Below, in pieces: positions 25,915 through 38,469 of a stretch of DNA of 64,000 bases. Positions within the stretch are counted from its first letter, which is position 1, and each line of letters starts with the position of its first letter. A model generated the notes under the pieces. That model saw only the letters and a list, made by a program, of their open reading frames with translations, searched no databases and had not been told where the DNA came from. A program made the translations under genes and the position numbers. The DNA is from Octopus sinensis (lineage: Eukaryota): contig NW_021832548.1 of the NCBI RefSeq assembly GCF_006345805.1, positions 1-64,000 of the forward strand, in the 5' to 3' direction.

Positions 25915-26105
25915 CCGTTGGCGATTTTTTTCCCTCTGTCTTCCCTTCCCTGGATCTTTCCTTCTCCTATGGTTCCGATGAAGAGCTCCGCTCGAAACGT
26001 TAAACCCTCCTTCTTTCCTTCTTTCCTGGACGTCCAAAAATACTATATTTGTTCCACGTCCTCGCGTTGTTGTGTTTTTTGTGCTTTCTTGTTTGGATTA
26101 ACTTA
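25915..26105 (+). mobile_element. Short repeat with degenerate hammerhead motif (PLE pLTR-like)
   Basis: ggttCCGATGAagagctccgctcGAAAcgtta; second copy at ~60790-60990 on the minus strand; both sit next to (TA)n. Confidence 0.55.
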
Positions 26106-26113
26106 TATATATA

Positions 26114-27470
26114 CTAGCAGAATTGCCCGGCGATGCTCGGGGCTGAATTGCTTGAAAGTACTGTTAATGATTGCACTGAATTATGATTATTCAGGCAAAT
26201 ATTAATATAAGTTTATGGTGGGAGATAAGGACTTAACGATCAAACGTGTGCCATTGCATTGTTTTGGGGAAACCAAATTTCTAATGAGCATTATAGGGGC
26301 ACCAACTTTAAGTTTGAGAATGTGTGGTGGTAGTCCGGGGGTGGGGTGAAAGGAATTGAGTACCTCTATTGGATAGTTGCTGACGTCTTCTGGGTCAGGA
26401 GTTGTATCGATAGACTTATATACATAGACATCCCCAGGAATGTTCCACGTCCTCGCGTTGTTGTGTTTTTTGTGCTTTCATCATTAATATGGTGAACAGT
26501 TTTATTCCTCGGGGCCAGTATAGCCTTTTTGCCAATCCAATCCATATTCTGATAATTAGCTTGTAGATCTGGGAACACTGCATCTCTGAGATCAGAAGGA
26601 ATTTCAACAATGGTACAAATGGAATCGATGGCAATATTACCATTTTCATTCCCTGGTATTTTGCCTTCGCCAAGTGCAAGGAGGGTGTGAGAAAATGCTG
26701 CTGATGTGATATCACGTCGCATATGAGCACGCATATTGGTGTGAAGTTTGAGAGTCTTCACCAGTGGCCACAATGTGGATGACTTAAGACACGCACTTAC
26801 TGCATCAGCTCTAGTCCCTTTGGGAATAACGGGAAGTGTTTACCGGAAGTCCCCTGAAAGAAGAAGTGTTATGCCTCCCATGGGAGCTGAGAGTGTTTGA
26901 TGTCTCTGAGAGATCTATCTAGTGCCTCAAGAGCACCTCTGTGGGCCATCGTGCATTCATCCCAAACGATAAGCTTGCATCGTCTGAAGACTTCTGCCTG
27001 ATCGGAGCTGTTACTGATGTTGCAAGTTGGTGTCTCAGTCTTCGCTAAGTCAAGCGGGAGCTTGAAAGTGGAGTGAACTGTCCTGCCGCCTGGCAACAAA
27101 GTAGCCGCAATTCCAGATGATGCCACAGCTAGGGCAATGTCTTGTGTTCGCCTAATCTCAGCCAATATTAATTTGTTGACAAAAGTTTTCCCAGTGCCCC
27201 CAGGAGCGTCCAGGAAAAAAATCCCCCCAGCTTTGGCCCGGACTGAATTAACAACGGAGTTGTAAGCGAACTTCTGTTCTGGAAGGAGCTTTGGCTCATT
27301 GTCGACTATGTACTCGGCAAGCTCGTCAACATTAAAACATGTCTCACGCAGCAAATGTGAAGACAGAGTGTGTGTGCCTTCCCGGTTTGTTGAAGGTAGG
27401 CCATAGACCGGCAAGGCACTACCGCCCATATCAAGTACAGTATCTTCGAACGTAGTTTGTTACCACACAG
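26114..27470 (-). mobile_element. Helitron fragment encoding part of the PIF1-like helicase
   Basis: FFLDAPGGTGKTF, VASSGIAATLLPGGRTVHS and LIVWDECTM motifs; 3' hairpin plus CTAG at 26114. Confidence 0.93.
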
Positions 27471-27689
27471 CCACACCTGCCCCTATGTATGTGTGTGTGT
27501 GTGAGTGTGTGTGTGTGTGTGTGTGTGTATGGGTAGATATATTATGCATGTATATATGTGTATATATATATGTGTACATATTACATGTACATCTATATAT
27601 ATATATACATCTACACATAAAATACAAAATACAAAGTTATATCTTGATATCGCTAGTGATAACAATACACAAAATATATAACAGACTGG

Positions 27690-28000
27690 AATTGTAGGCC
27701 CGTCTCTTGCAATTTCGATCAATTGGATCTTGTCCTCCCTCTTGTATAGAAGTTTACGGCTGCAGCGAAATTCATTTTTGGACTTTCTTCTATCGAAGGC
27801 ATTTTAACAAAAATGCTTCCGTAAAGACAGTAAAAATATTGTCAATTTCCCCAAAGAGGGACACAATTCAATTTTTAAACAATAACCAAAGCCCCTTCTC
27901 CGAAAGGGGGAGGGTTGCGGTTTACAATTATTTAACAAATGCAACACAACAACGTTTCCCTGACGAGGAACCAAGAAACGTGATTACAATAGTTAAACAG
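27690..28000 (-). mobile_element. Possible Helitron RepHel N-terminal fragment
   Basis: Degenerate ...LL.LRKHF...NAF and RAYNS strings across frames. Confidence 0.35.
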
Positions 28001-28097
28001 TAATAATAATAACAACAAACCTTTTTAATTTATCCCCATTTATGTGAAAGCACTTATTCAAGTTCAAGTCATTGATGCAATTTTATACAAATTGCTA

Positions 28098-28134
<37 letters not shown>

Positions 28135-28552
28135 ATAAGGGTGAAAAATTGAATATTAATTTGATTAATATGAATTGAAAAGCAGTGGTGTAGCATATAA
28201 GAGCATAGCGGATCTTCCTCTAGCAAAATAACGACCAGTATTAATGACTCATCCCTGTTATATAAATACTTTCATTTTAATTGTTGCACACTTGCAAAGA
28301 GAAAGGAGAAAGTGTAGTGGTAATGGAAGGAGTGAAGCACTTGAAATGAGAGAGGCAAATCGTAAAATATTGAGTTGTCTCGAATTTTTGCTAAATTGGG
28401 GGTCAAATTGAAAAAACTTTATATGCCATGACCCAATGGAATCTACTTAGAAAAATCATAGGTAAATTCCAATTGAAGAAATTCTATATTGTACAATTGT
28501 ATAAAAAACGAACGATTTGGGAGGCAGAGGAAATCTGCCTTTTATCATAAGA

Positions 28553-29398
28553 CTAGCAGAATTGCCCGGCGTTGCTCGGGGCTGAATTGCTTGAAAGTAC
28601 AGTTAATGATTGCACTGAATTATGATGATTATTCAGGCAAATATTGATATAAGCTTACGGTGGAAGATAAGGACTTAACGATCAAACGTGTGCCATTGTA
28701 TTGTTTTGGGGGAACCAAATTTCTGATGAGCATTATAGGGGCACCAACTTTAAGTTTTAGAAAGTGTGGTGTTAGTCCGGGGTGCTCAAAGGAATTGAGT
28801 ACCTCTATTGGATAGTTGATGACGTCCTCTGGGTCAGGAGTTGTATCGATAGCCTGATATACATAGACTTCCCCAGGAATGAGTTTTAGCATTTCATCAT
28901 TAATATGGTGAACAGTTTTATTCCTCGGGGCCAGTATAGCCTTTTTGCCAATCCAATCCATATTCTGATAATTAGCTTGTAGATCTGGAAACACTGCATC
29001 TCTGAGATCAGAAGGCGTCTTAACAATGGTACAAATGGAATCGATGGCAATATTACCATTTTCATCCCCTGGTATTTTGCCTTCGCCAAGTGCCAGGAGG
29101 GTGTGAGGAAATGCTGCTGATGTGATATTACGTCGCATATGAGCACGCATATTGGTGTGAAGTTTGAGAGTTACTTCCCTTTATTAAAAAAAATATGCAT
29201 TAAAATGGAAAAAAATGATGGTAAATTATTTGTAAAATCATAGACTCATCGTAGACGCGCGCTAATACCCAGAAGGGCTCGATATGAATCACGACTATAA
29301 GATACCCGGTTTTGGTTAAACTGCATCGCAAAATGTGGGAGTAGTTGGGAATCTAAATTGGAGTAGACAGACACACAAGCTTTCTTTTATATATAAAT
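28553..29398 (-). mobile_element. Composite Helitron: non-autonomous 5' part joined to helicase 3' part
   Basis: KVGAPIMLIRNL.PPK.YNGTRLIVK with 3' CTAG; 29170-29398 matches the 14312 family. Confidence 0.85.
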
Positions 29399-29694
29399 AT
29401 TTTCGTCCTAAAAAACTTTGTATGGATTGAATGGTTACCTCTATGGAAATATATACACGCACATTATACATACATGTGTGTATAGATGAATATATAAATA
29501 CATTTAAATATCTATATACACTTTTGGGCGATCTTTCTGTTTCTTAGAGATAACTTTATCCCGTCCGATTCGCTCCAAAATTTACAGGGACACGTAGAGT
29601 GAGGTGACGATGCTCGTGGGCTACCTTAGAAATCCCTATCTTAAAAGGTGTGGTTGCTATGGGCCATCTTCCTCACTCACCCTATTTCCTCCAG

Positions 29695-30193
29695 TACCCT
29701 GTCACTCCTCTTCATTTGACAAACCACTACGGTTATTTAATGTAAAGTCTTCCTCAAATCACTCTCTCGCTATTTACTCTCTTCCAAGAACATTTTCACT
29801 CACTCTTATCTCTTAGCTTCCCATACACTTTACTCATGTATCTATCAGCGTGATAGACAGAAACAAATATTACATCGCCATCGCCATCGCATTCTATTGT
29901 CTACCTGTCAACACACACACAGTGAATTACTTTCACTTTATTCGTTGCACACTGTGTGTGCGTGTGCGTGTGGTGTAGACCACACTAAGAGAAGCATTTG
30001 ACTCATACACCACAATGTGAGTTTTCTCTAAATTTTGCTTAATTGGGGTTGAAATTTTAAAAAGTGGACCTGGCAAAACCCGATGCATTCTACTCTTAAA
30101 AATGCTAGGTAAATTGTAATTGAAGAAATCCTATATTGTAGATTTCTATAAGAGACAAAGGGAGGCAGATAAAATCTGCCTTTTATAATAAGA
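29695..30193 (-). mobile_element. Non-autonomous Helitron-like repeat, family B
   Basis: 5' TCTTATTATAAAAGGCAGATTTTATCTGCC; further copies at ~28330-28552, 31490-31790 and 33297-33772. Confidence 0.7.
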
Positions 30194-30587
30194 CTAGCAG
30201 TATCGCCCGGCGTTGCTCGGGTTGTAAGGGAAATAACTATATAAGCATTTTTAGAGAGTTATAGCCAAAAAATAGCAAAAAAATGCATTAAAAATTGAAA
30301 AAAAATTAAGGTAAATTTTTTTTTAAATCGTTGACACATCGTAGATATTTTTAGAGAGTTACTTCCCTTATATAAAAACGAAAAAAATGCATTAAAAGGG
30401 AAAAATATGATGGTAAATTTTTTTTAATCGTAGACTCATCGTAGACGCACGCTAATACCCAGAAGGGCTCGATATGAATCACGACTATAAGATACCCGCT
30501 TTTGGTTAAACTTCACCGCAAAATGTGGGAGTAGTTAGGAATCTAAATCGTAGGAGACAGACACACAACTTCACTCTTATATAAAGA
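30194..30587 (-). mobile_element. Non-autonomous Helitron (14312 family)
   Basis: TC...hairpin-CTAG termini; body matches 14312-14704. Confidence 0.85.
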
Positions 30588-31790
30588 TGCTTTTTTTTCA
30601 GTCATAGAGTTAGATTTATGAAGGTCTTCAGTAGAAAATCCTTTGAATTCTGACTCGCTGCTTGATATAATGAAATTTTGTCAGAATTACAAATTTTGAA
30701 AACACAATAGGAACAAATTTCGGAAAAAAATCTCCCATAATTCACGGAATTAAAATTACACTTCGATTTTTGTACAAAACTGTAGTTGAAGTGTTTACGA
30801 AGTATAATACGTGTTTTCACGAATGTACTAAAGAGATTTGCTCTGATATTCTCATTTAAATATGAATAGGTAAATTCGGGCGGCTTGGTAACGAAAGGGT
30901 TAAACGGATGCATACATTTATTAATCTCTTATTATAATAACTATATATAAGTGTCGTCTGTTTATACGTAAACACTGTTTCATACTGCAATTATATATAC
31001 ATATATCTATATATAATATTATATAATAAAATATATACAGAGTAAAATAAAAACCAATTTACCTTTTCTGTCCGTCCGTGTGTCTTTGCAAATGTGTTGG
31101 AATGATAAGTGAGTTGTGTTTTGGCGCCTTTTTTACTAATAACAAACACACACGTGTTTGTATGTAGTTGTATGTGTATGTAGTTGTATGTAGTTGTATA
31201 TGTATGTGTATGCGTGTGTGTGAGGAATGACACACACACACTCACGCACGCACACATGTACATCAATGCTTTCGGTGTGATATGTTAAAATATTGAGTTT
31301 TCTCGAATTTTGTCTTAATTGGTGGTAAAATTGAAAGAAATTTTTTATGGCATCACCCACTGAAGTACTCTGAAAAATCATGGGTACACTCTAATTGAAG
31401 AAATTGTGTGAGGAGTAAATCGCTATGTATTTATCTGTTTCTGTTTGCTGTGTTTTTTTATTTTTTGAGTAGTGGTTTAAATACTTTCAGTTTAGTCTTC
31501 CTCAAATCACTCTGTCGCTATTTACTTTCATTTTATTCGTTGCACACTGTGTGTGTGCGTGTGCGTGTGGTGTAAACCACATTAAGAAAAGCATTTGACA
31601 CACACACCAGAATGTGAGTTTTCTGTAAATTTTGCTTAATTGGAGTTTAAATTTTAAAAACTGGACCTGGCATGACCCGATGCTTTCTACTCTTAAAAAT
31701 GCTAGGTAAATTGTAATTGAAGAAATCCTATATTGTAGATTTCTATAACTCCCAAGGGAGGCAGATAAAATCTGCTTTTATAATAAGAGA

Positions 31791-32183
31791 CTAGCAGTAT
31801 CGCCCGGCCTTGCTCGGGTTTGTAAGGGAAATAATTATATAAGCATTTTTAGAGATGTAAAGTATAATAGCCATCTCAATATGGCTAACCACAAAGGGGG
31901 AGGGGTGTTACTGTAGCTTTTTACGTTCTGAGATTTAATAATGAATTTTAAAGAGTTACTTCCCTTATATATGTCAAAAATGGATTAAAAATGGGAAAAA
32001 TTGATGGTAATTTTTTTTAAATCGTAGACTCATCGTAGACGCGCGCTAATACCCAGACGGTCTCGATATGAATTACGACTATAAGATACCCGGTTTTGGT
32101 TAAACTGCACCGCAAAATGTGGGAGTAGTTAGGAATCTAAATCGTAGGAGACAGACACACAACCTCACTTTTATATATAAAGA
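31791..32183 (-). mobile_element. Non-autonomous Helitron (14312 family)
   Basis: TC...hairpin-CTAG termini. Confidence 0.85.
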
Positions 32184-32246
32184 TTTCCTCTATTTACATA
32201 ATATTGAGGTCTCTTTCTTTCTTTTGTTATCTTACTGTTTTTACCA

Positions 32247-32316
<70 letters not shown>

Positions 32317-32393
32317 GTTACAGAGATGTACTTGCATAGCAAGTGACTTGATCTGAGATCGTGTGCTGGAACGAAAACAGTTGGAGCGTTGAA

Positions 32394-32626
32394 GGTGTTT
32401 ATAAGCCATTTAAGAAACACACAAAAACCGTTAGATTCACTTCAACATTTAAATTTAATTTGCCAAAATATTTTCGTCGCTTTGAGACCGCGACCCGTTA
32501 GCACGATATTTTTGTCAGTGAACAGGTCGCGGTCTCAAAGCGGGGAAAATATTTTGGCAAATTAAATTTAAATGTTGAAGTGAATCTAACGTTTTTTGTG
32601 TGTTTCTTAAATGGCTTACAAACACC
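32394..32626. repeat. Foldback with ~102 bp inverted arms and 29 nt spacer
   Basis: 32394-32495 matches the reverse complement of 32525-32626 with few mismatches. Confidence 0.92.
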
Positions 32627-33004
32627 CTCCACGCTGCAATATATATATACACACATATATATATATATGTATGTATGTATGTATGTGTGTATATGTGTAT
32701 GCATGTATGTGTGTGTGTGTGCGTGTCTGTGCTTGTGATTGTCCTCCACCACTGCTTGACAACGAATGTTGGTTTGTTTACATCCCTGTCACCTAGTGGT
32801 TTGACAAAGGAAACAGATAGAATAAGTACAATGCTTACAAAAATAAAACTGGAGTTGATTCATTAAACTACAATTCTTCAAGGCATTGCCCCAGCATGGC
32901 CACAGACCAATGGCTGGAAAAAGCAGAAGAATAAAAGAATACATTCTCTGCTTTGGTCTTATGTTCAAGGCATGAGAAAGCTTGAGTTTACATGAGAAGG
33001 CCTA

Positions 33005-33280
33005 ACAGACCTGGTAGAAACAGCAGCCAAATCTCCCTCAAATCACACCTTACTGTCTTATGTATGTATATATATATATGAGCCAATGAGGGGGACCTCT
33101 ACATGGTAGCTAGACCTGGTAGAAATAGCAGCCAAATTTCCCCCAAATCACACCTTACTGTCTTATCTATGTATATATGTATGTATGAGCCTATGAGGGA
33201 GACCCCTACATGGCAGCTAGACATGGTAGAAATAGCAGCCAAATCTCCCTCAAATCACACCTTACTGTCTTATGTATGTA
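33005..33280 (+). repeat. Three tandem ~105 bp units
   Basis: gacctggtagaaa.agcagccaaatctccctcaaatcacaccttactgtctta occurs three times. Confidence 0.85.
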
Positions 33281-33780
33281 TATATATATATATACAAGCC
33301 ACTACGGTTATTTAATGTAAAGTCTTCCTCAAATCACTCTCGCTATTTACTCTCTTCCAAGAACATTTTCACTCACTCTTATCTCTTAGCTTGCCATACA
33401 TTTTACTCATGTATCTATCAGCGTGATAGACAGAAACAAATATTACATCGCCATCCCCATCGCCATCGCATTCTTTTGTCTACCTGTCAACACACTCACA
33501 GTGAATTAGTTTCATTTTATTCGTTGCACACTGTGTGTGCGTTTGCGTGTGCTGTAAACCAGACTAAGAAAAGCATTTGACATACACACCAGAATGTGAG
33601 TTTTCTGTAAATTTTGCTTAATTGGAGTTTAAAATTTAAAAACTGGACCTGGCATGACCCGATGCATTCTACTCTTAAAAATGCTAGGTAAATTGTAATT
33701 GAAGAAATCCTATATTGTAGATTTCTATAAGTGACAAAGGGAGGCAGATAAAATCTGCCTTTTATAATAAGATTATAATA

Positions 33781-33817
<37 letters not shown>

Positions 33818-34188
33818 GTCGAATTTATCTGTAAATGTAATATGTGCGAATTATTCGGTAGACATGATAAAACTCCGAGAAAAAAAAAACAGAGGGTTAA
33901 GAGTAAAAATACAGAAAAAAGGCATAAGGGAGTATACAAAGAGTAAACCACGTCTATATACGCACATACACTTATACACGCGCACACACACGCCTATATG
34001 CGCACATACCTGCACACGTCTATACACGCACACACACCATCAATGGAACTATACTCAAAGAACTTTTGGAGAAAATTACAGACCTGATTAAGCGCATGAG
34101 ATGGAAGGTATTATCCATATAAATCAAATGGGGTGATTATAATCGCCCCATTTGATTTATATGGATAATACCTTACTAAACTCTGGTA

Positions 34189-34222
<34 letters not shown>

Positions 34223-34228
34223 AAGAAG

Positions 34229-35125
34229 AAAAAATGGAGTTAACGCAGGTGTAAAAATCTCTTGCAAATTATATCTTCTCATAATAACAAACTGTTAAAT
34301 ATTAATACATTTACTAATACTAACATTAATTTAGCTAATACCATCCAACCCTCTAGAAATATTAATAACAAGGTTATTGTATCTGAAGTCAATTCCAATA
34401 GAATTAAGTTTATGTCAAGTAACTCTAAGATTAAAAATTCTATATACCAGTGTATAATCAGTACTCGTAATAAAGTACTATTTTACATTGGAAGCACATC
34501 GTTAGAGTTATCTAAAAGAATTTCTATCCATTACTCAACATTTAGGGATAGAAATAAACGGAATAGTACCGGTCTCAGCAAACTGATTTGGGACTTAAAA
34601 GACCACAATGAACAATTTCATTTAGAATGGTTGATCCTCTCAATTTCGATACCATATCACAAAGGCAAGAAATTCTGTCTTCTCTGCAATTCTGAGCTAT
34701 TTTTCATTATTTTTTCTAAAAATACTCTAGTAAACACGGTTATAGAGCGAGCATACAGATATAGGCATTGGCAAAAACATACATTTAGTGCATATAAGTA
34801 GTCTCTATCATTATATATAATTTAAACTTTAATTTCCTTTATATTTAACATTCACTATTAATATCCCTACTCTTTCTGTTAGCTACTTATTACGTTATAT
34901 CATATAACGTTTTTTAAACAATATTAATAGCGTTCTGTCTATCGCTATACAAATCCATCAATATTTGCTAAAATGTCGTATTGACGAGTTTCGTTTTTTT
35001 CACTTTCCCGAAGAGAAGATTGCATTGTTTATACCATTTATTCTTTTGAATAGTATCAGTGGAATTTTCGAAACATGTGTCGAAAGTAAAAATATTTGTT
35101 TGCACCTGCGTTAACTCCATTTTTT
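34229..35125 (+). mobile_element. Penelope-like derivative encoding only GIY-YIG endonuclease
   Basis: Open ORF 34262-34801 with IYQC...YIGST, STGLSKLIWDLK and C.LC.SE motifs; 23 bp perfect terminal inverted repeat; hammerhead relic at 35002-35087. Confidence 0.85.
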
Positions 35126-35272
35126 ATTCATATTATTCAAATATTCAACGTAAACACGAAGTTTCTACCTTTATAAACAAGGAGTTACAACACCTTTACT
35201 TGTGAGATTTTTGATGCCCTGGTAACTATTTATTTATTTTTCCGTGTTAATTGTTAACAAGGTAAAAATACA

Positions 35273-35370
<98 letters not shown>

Positions 35371-35376
35371 TATTAT

Positions 35377-35407
<31 letters not shown>

Positions 35408-35644
35408 TAATATATATATATATAATATATATATATATAATATATATATATATAATATATATAATATATATATATATAATAATAATAATATTAGGGAGTA
35501 TGGCTCCAAACTTACAGGGAAAAATTACATTAGGATTAAATCAAATTTCACAGTATAAATATATAAAATATGAATTAGAGATAAAACCACTATTAGGCAA
35601 CTCAAACAGTTTGAGTTGCCTAATAGTGGTTTTATCTCTAATTC

Positions 35645-35688
<44 letters not shown>

Positions 35689-35754
35689 ATTTTATTTTAT
35701 TTTATCTAGTTTTAGCTCACGAGCTGTGGCCATGCTGGGGCACCGCAATTTGGT

Positions 35755-38060
35755 GTTGCTACATGATTTTACTTCACGAATGCTTTTTAGCTATTGCCAT
35801 TTGGTGCATGAGAGAGTTCGATGCAGCTGTCCTCATCTGCACCTCCTGCCGTGAAGTTGGTTCATCTTGGACACCTGGCAGGAAGAGATCCAGTTTTATT
35901 TTAAAGACATCTGCATCCACCCCATGCAGGTCTCTCAGGTTCTTCGGGAGGATATTGAAGAGCTGTGGGCCTCTGAAGCCCAGGCTATCACAGTATCTTG
36001 TCCTACATCTTGATGGTAAATTTGGAGTCCTTGGCACTATGCAGTGGCGCCCAGTTCTGGTATTTGTGTAACTCCCGATGCCAAAGTTTAGGACAAGTCC
36101 TTCTAGGATCTTCCAGATGTATATTATGGCATGTCTTTCTCGCCTACGCTCTAAGGAATAGAGACTTAATCTCTTGAGTCTTTCCCAGTAGCTTATATGC
36201 TGCACAGAGGCTATCTTCTTCGTGTAGCTTCGTTGGATCGCCTCAAGTTCTGTGATTAACTTGACACTGGATGGTGACCATAGCTGAGAGCAATAGTCAA
36301 AGTGGTTTAGGACAAGTGTCCTCCAGAGAACCATCATGGTTTCCTGGTCTCTTGTTCTAAAGGTTCTAAGAATTCATCCGGTCAGCCGCCTACATTTCAT
36401 TGCCAATTTAGCAACATGCACATGAAAGGTTGCATCATCACTCATGTAAATACCCAGGTCTCGCACTGATTGTGCTTCTGGGATTGCAATCCCTCCAGGT
36501 CCAGTGTATTTATTGGGTATTGCATTTAGTTTTGCAAGCTGATAGCATAAAGCTTGAAACTTTTCAGCATTGAACTGCATGTTATTCTTTTCAGCCCACT
36601 TGTATATTTTGTCCAGCTCACATTGCAGGTGCTTAGTGTCTTCAGGGTTCTGTATTGCCTGTGAAACTTTTGTATCATCTGCATAACTTGTGATCGTGAC
36701 TCTCTGCGTGGCTGAGGGCATGTCTGAGAGGGCCATTATGAACAGTAGTGGTCCCAAAACAGTGCCTTGCGGAACACCGCTCACTATTTGCGTGTTAATG
36801 GAAGTGGCCCCATTGGCTACTACCACCTGACTTCTATCTTTCAGAAAGTCATGAAGCCATTCTCCCAATTTTCCAACTATGCCAAGATCACGCAGTTTGT
36901 GACATATCATTCCATGATCGACTTTATCAAAGGCCTTTGCAAAGTCGAGATATATCACTTCCACATTTGAGTGGTTGAGCAGTCGTTTCAGCACCCAGTC
37001 ATAGTGTTGTAGGAGCTGAGTTAAGCAGCTTCTTCTTGGTCGGAAACCATGTTGGGTGTCAGGCAGCAAGTCATTTTCTTCAAGGAAGGTGATTAGTTTC
37101 CTTCTGACTATTCGTTCCATGACCTTGCTGATGTGTGAGGTCAGAGAGATAGGTCTGTAGTTCTTGGCCTCCGCTCTGCTACCTCCTTTATGAATAGGGC
37201 ATATTTTACCTTCCTTCAGTTTTCTTTGAAGTTTGCCAGTTGCAAGGAAGCTCTGAAAGAGGAACTGCAGTGGTCTTGCTAGGACTCTCTTACATACTTT
37301 TAGAAGGATTGCTGGGAATCCATCGGGGCCAGTTGCTGAGTTTGCTTTCATTTCATCTATAGCCTTTATTACATCGTCTTCCTTTATATTGATGTATTCA
37401 ATCATCGCTGCCTCTGATTTTATATCTGCAGTGGTGAAGAAGTCAGTTGGATTGCTGACTTGAAAATGCCCTAGGGGTGGAGTGAAAATACACTTGAATC
37501 GCTCATTTAGTATTTCACTTATCCTCAATGGATTTCCTGTGAGTGTGCCATCCTTTTCAAGGAATTGCCCTATCGTACAGTGCACCGTAGCTGTTTCTTT
37601 GGCATACCTGTGGAAAGCTCTGGGGTTAGATATAATGTTGTCTATAGCCCAGGCTTCTTTGTCTGCTCTTTCTTTTTCATGGGAGAGTTGCAGACATTTT
37701 TCAATTTCCAACAGTTTTATTTTCAGGCGGGAATTTTCACTGCTTTCAATTAGTTTGTTTAGGCGACTTGAAACTTTTGTACGCCGTCTCATTAGAATTT
37801 TCCTCTCTCTGGGGATTTTGTTCTTGTGTACAGTGGCCTTTCTCTCTGGGACACATTTGTAGTATATGGCTTGCATTACATACATGAATTGTTGGAGTTT
37901 CATGTCGATGTCTGGCGAGGAGAGACATTCAGGCCAGTTTTGGTTGAGGATCGCTTTCTCAATTTGTTTCCAGTTTGCATTATAGAAGTTCAAGCTGGAA
38001 AGATTCTGAGAGTTTCTTGTAGACTGCATGTCCATGCTTTCCTTTGGCCCGTACATGGTC
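35755..38060 (-). mobile_element. CR1-group LINE, 5' truncated, RT nearly intact
   Basis: NYRPISLTS, QHGFR, YLDFAKAFDKV, GVPQGTVLGP, YADDTK and SLERRR motifs; ORFs 36374-38137 and 35774-36337 are in frame, separated by one TGA. Confidence 0.93.
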
Positions 38061-38092
38061 TGCTCTACAATATATATATATATATATATTGT

Positions 38093-38469
38093 AGCCCACG
38101 GTGCCGACTCCTTTAATATGCTTGTATATCCAACCAAATACAGTATAGATCAGCAGATAAATGACCTCCACGAAGCAACAAGAGTGAGTGGCAGAAATTT
38201 CAACGTTATGTCTGCAAACCCGAAGGGTCAGTGGGTAAGGTGATGCTGGTTGACGGCTGAGGCTGGAGATAACTCAGTTGCCAGATTCAGCATCATTGAC
38301 GTATGTTCGCTTACCGAATATATTTATGGTAGGAGGAATTGGGAACTTTCAAAGGATCCAGTGGAGGGGAACGCCAATCAACTAAGCAGAATTATGAGAT
38401 ATTCGGATGAAGAAACAGTGAGCCTGTTGCTAAGCACAATGTCAGAATTCGAAGAGATGAACGTACCGT
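38093..38469 (+). pseudogene. DEG/ENaC-like post-TM1 exon relic interrupted by MITE
   Basis: LVYPTKYSID...RVSGRNFNV resembles YP...I...FPAVTxCNxN; ~125 codons in one frame with a single TGA. Confidence 0.55.

Noticed and set aside
26869-27429. Host PIF1 helicase gene
   Set aside because: Intronless fragment bounded by a Helitron hairpin-CTAG end, duplicated locally and lacking terminal motifs.
27950-27985. Hammerhead motif CTGACGA...GAAACGTG
   Set aside because: The cleavage triplet would end in G, stem II is weak and no stem I forms.
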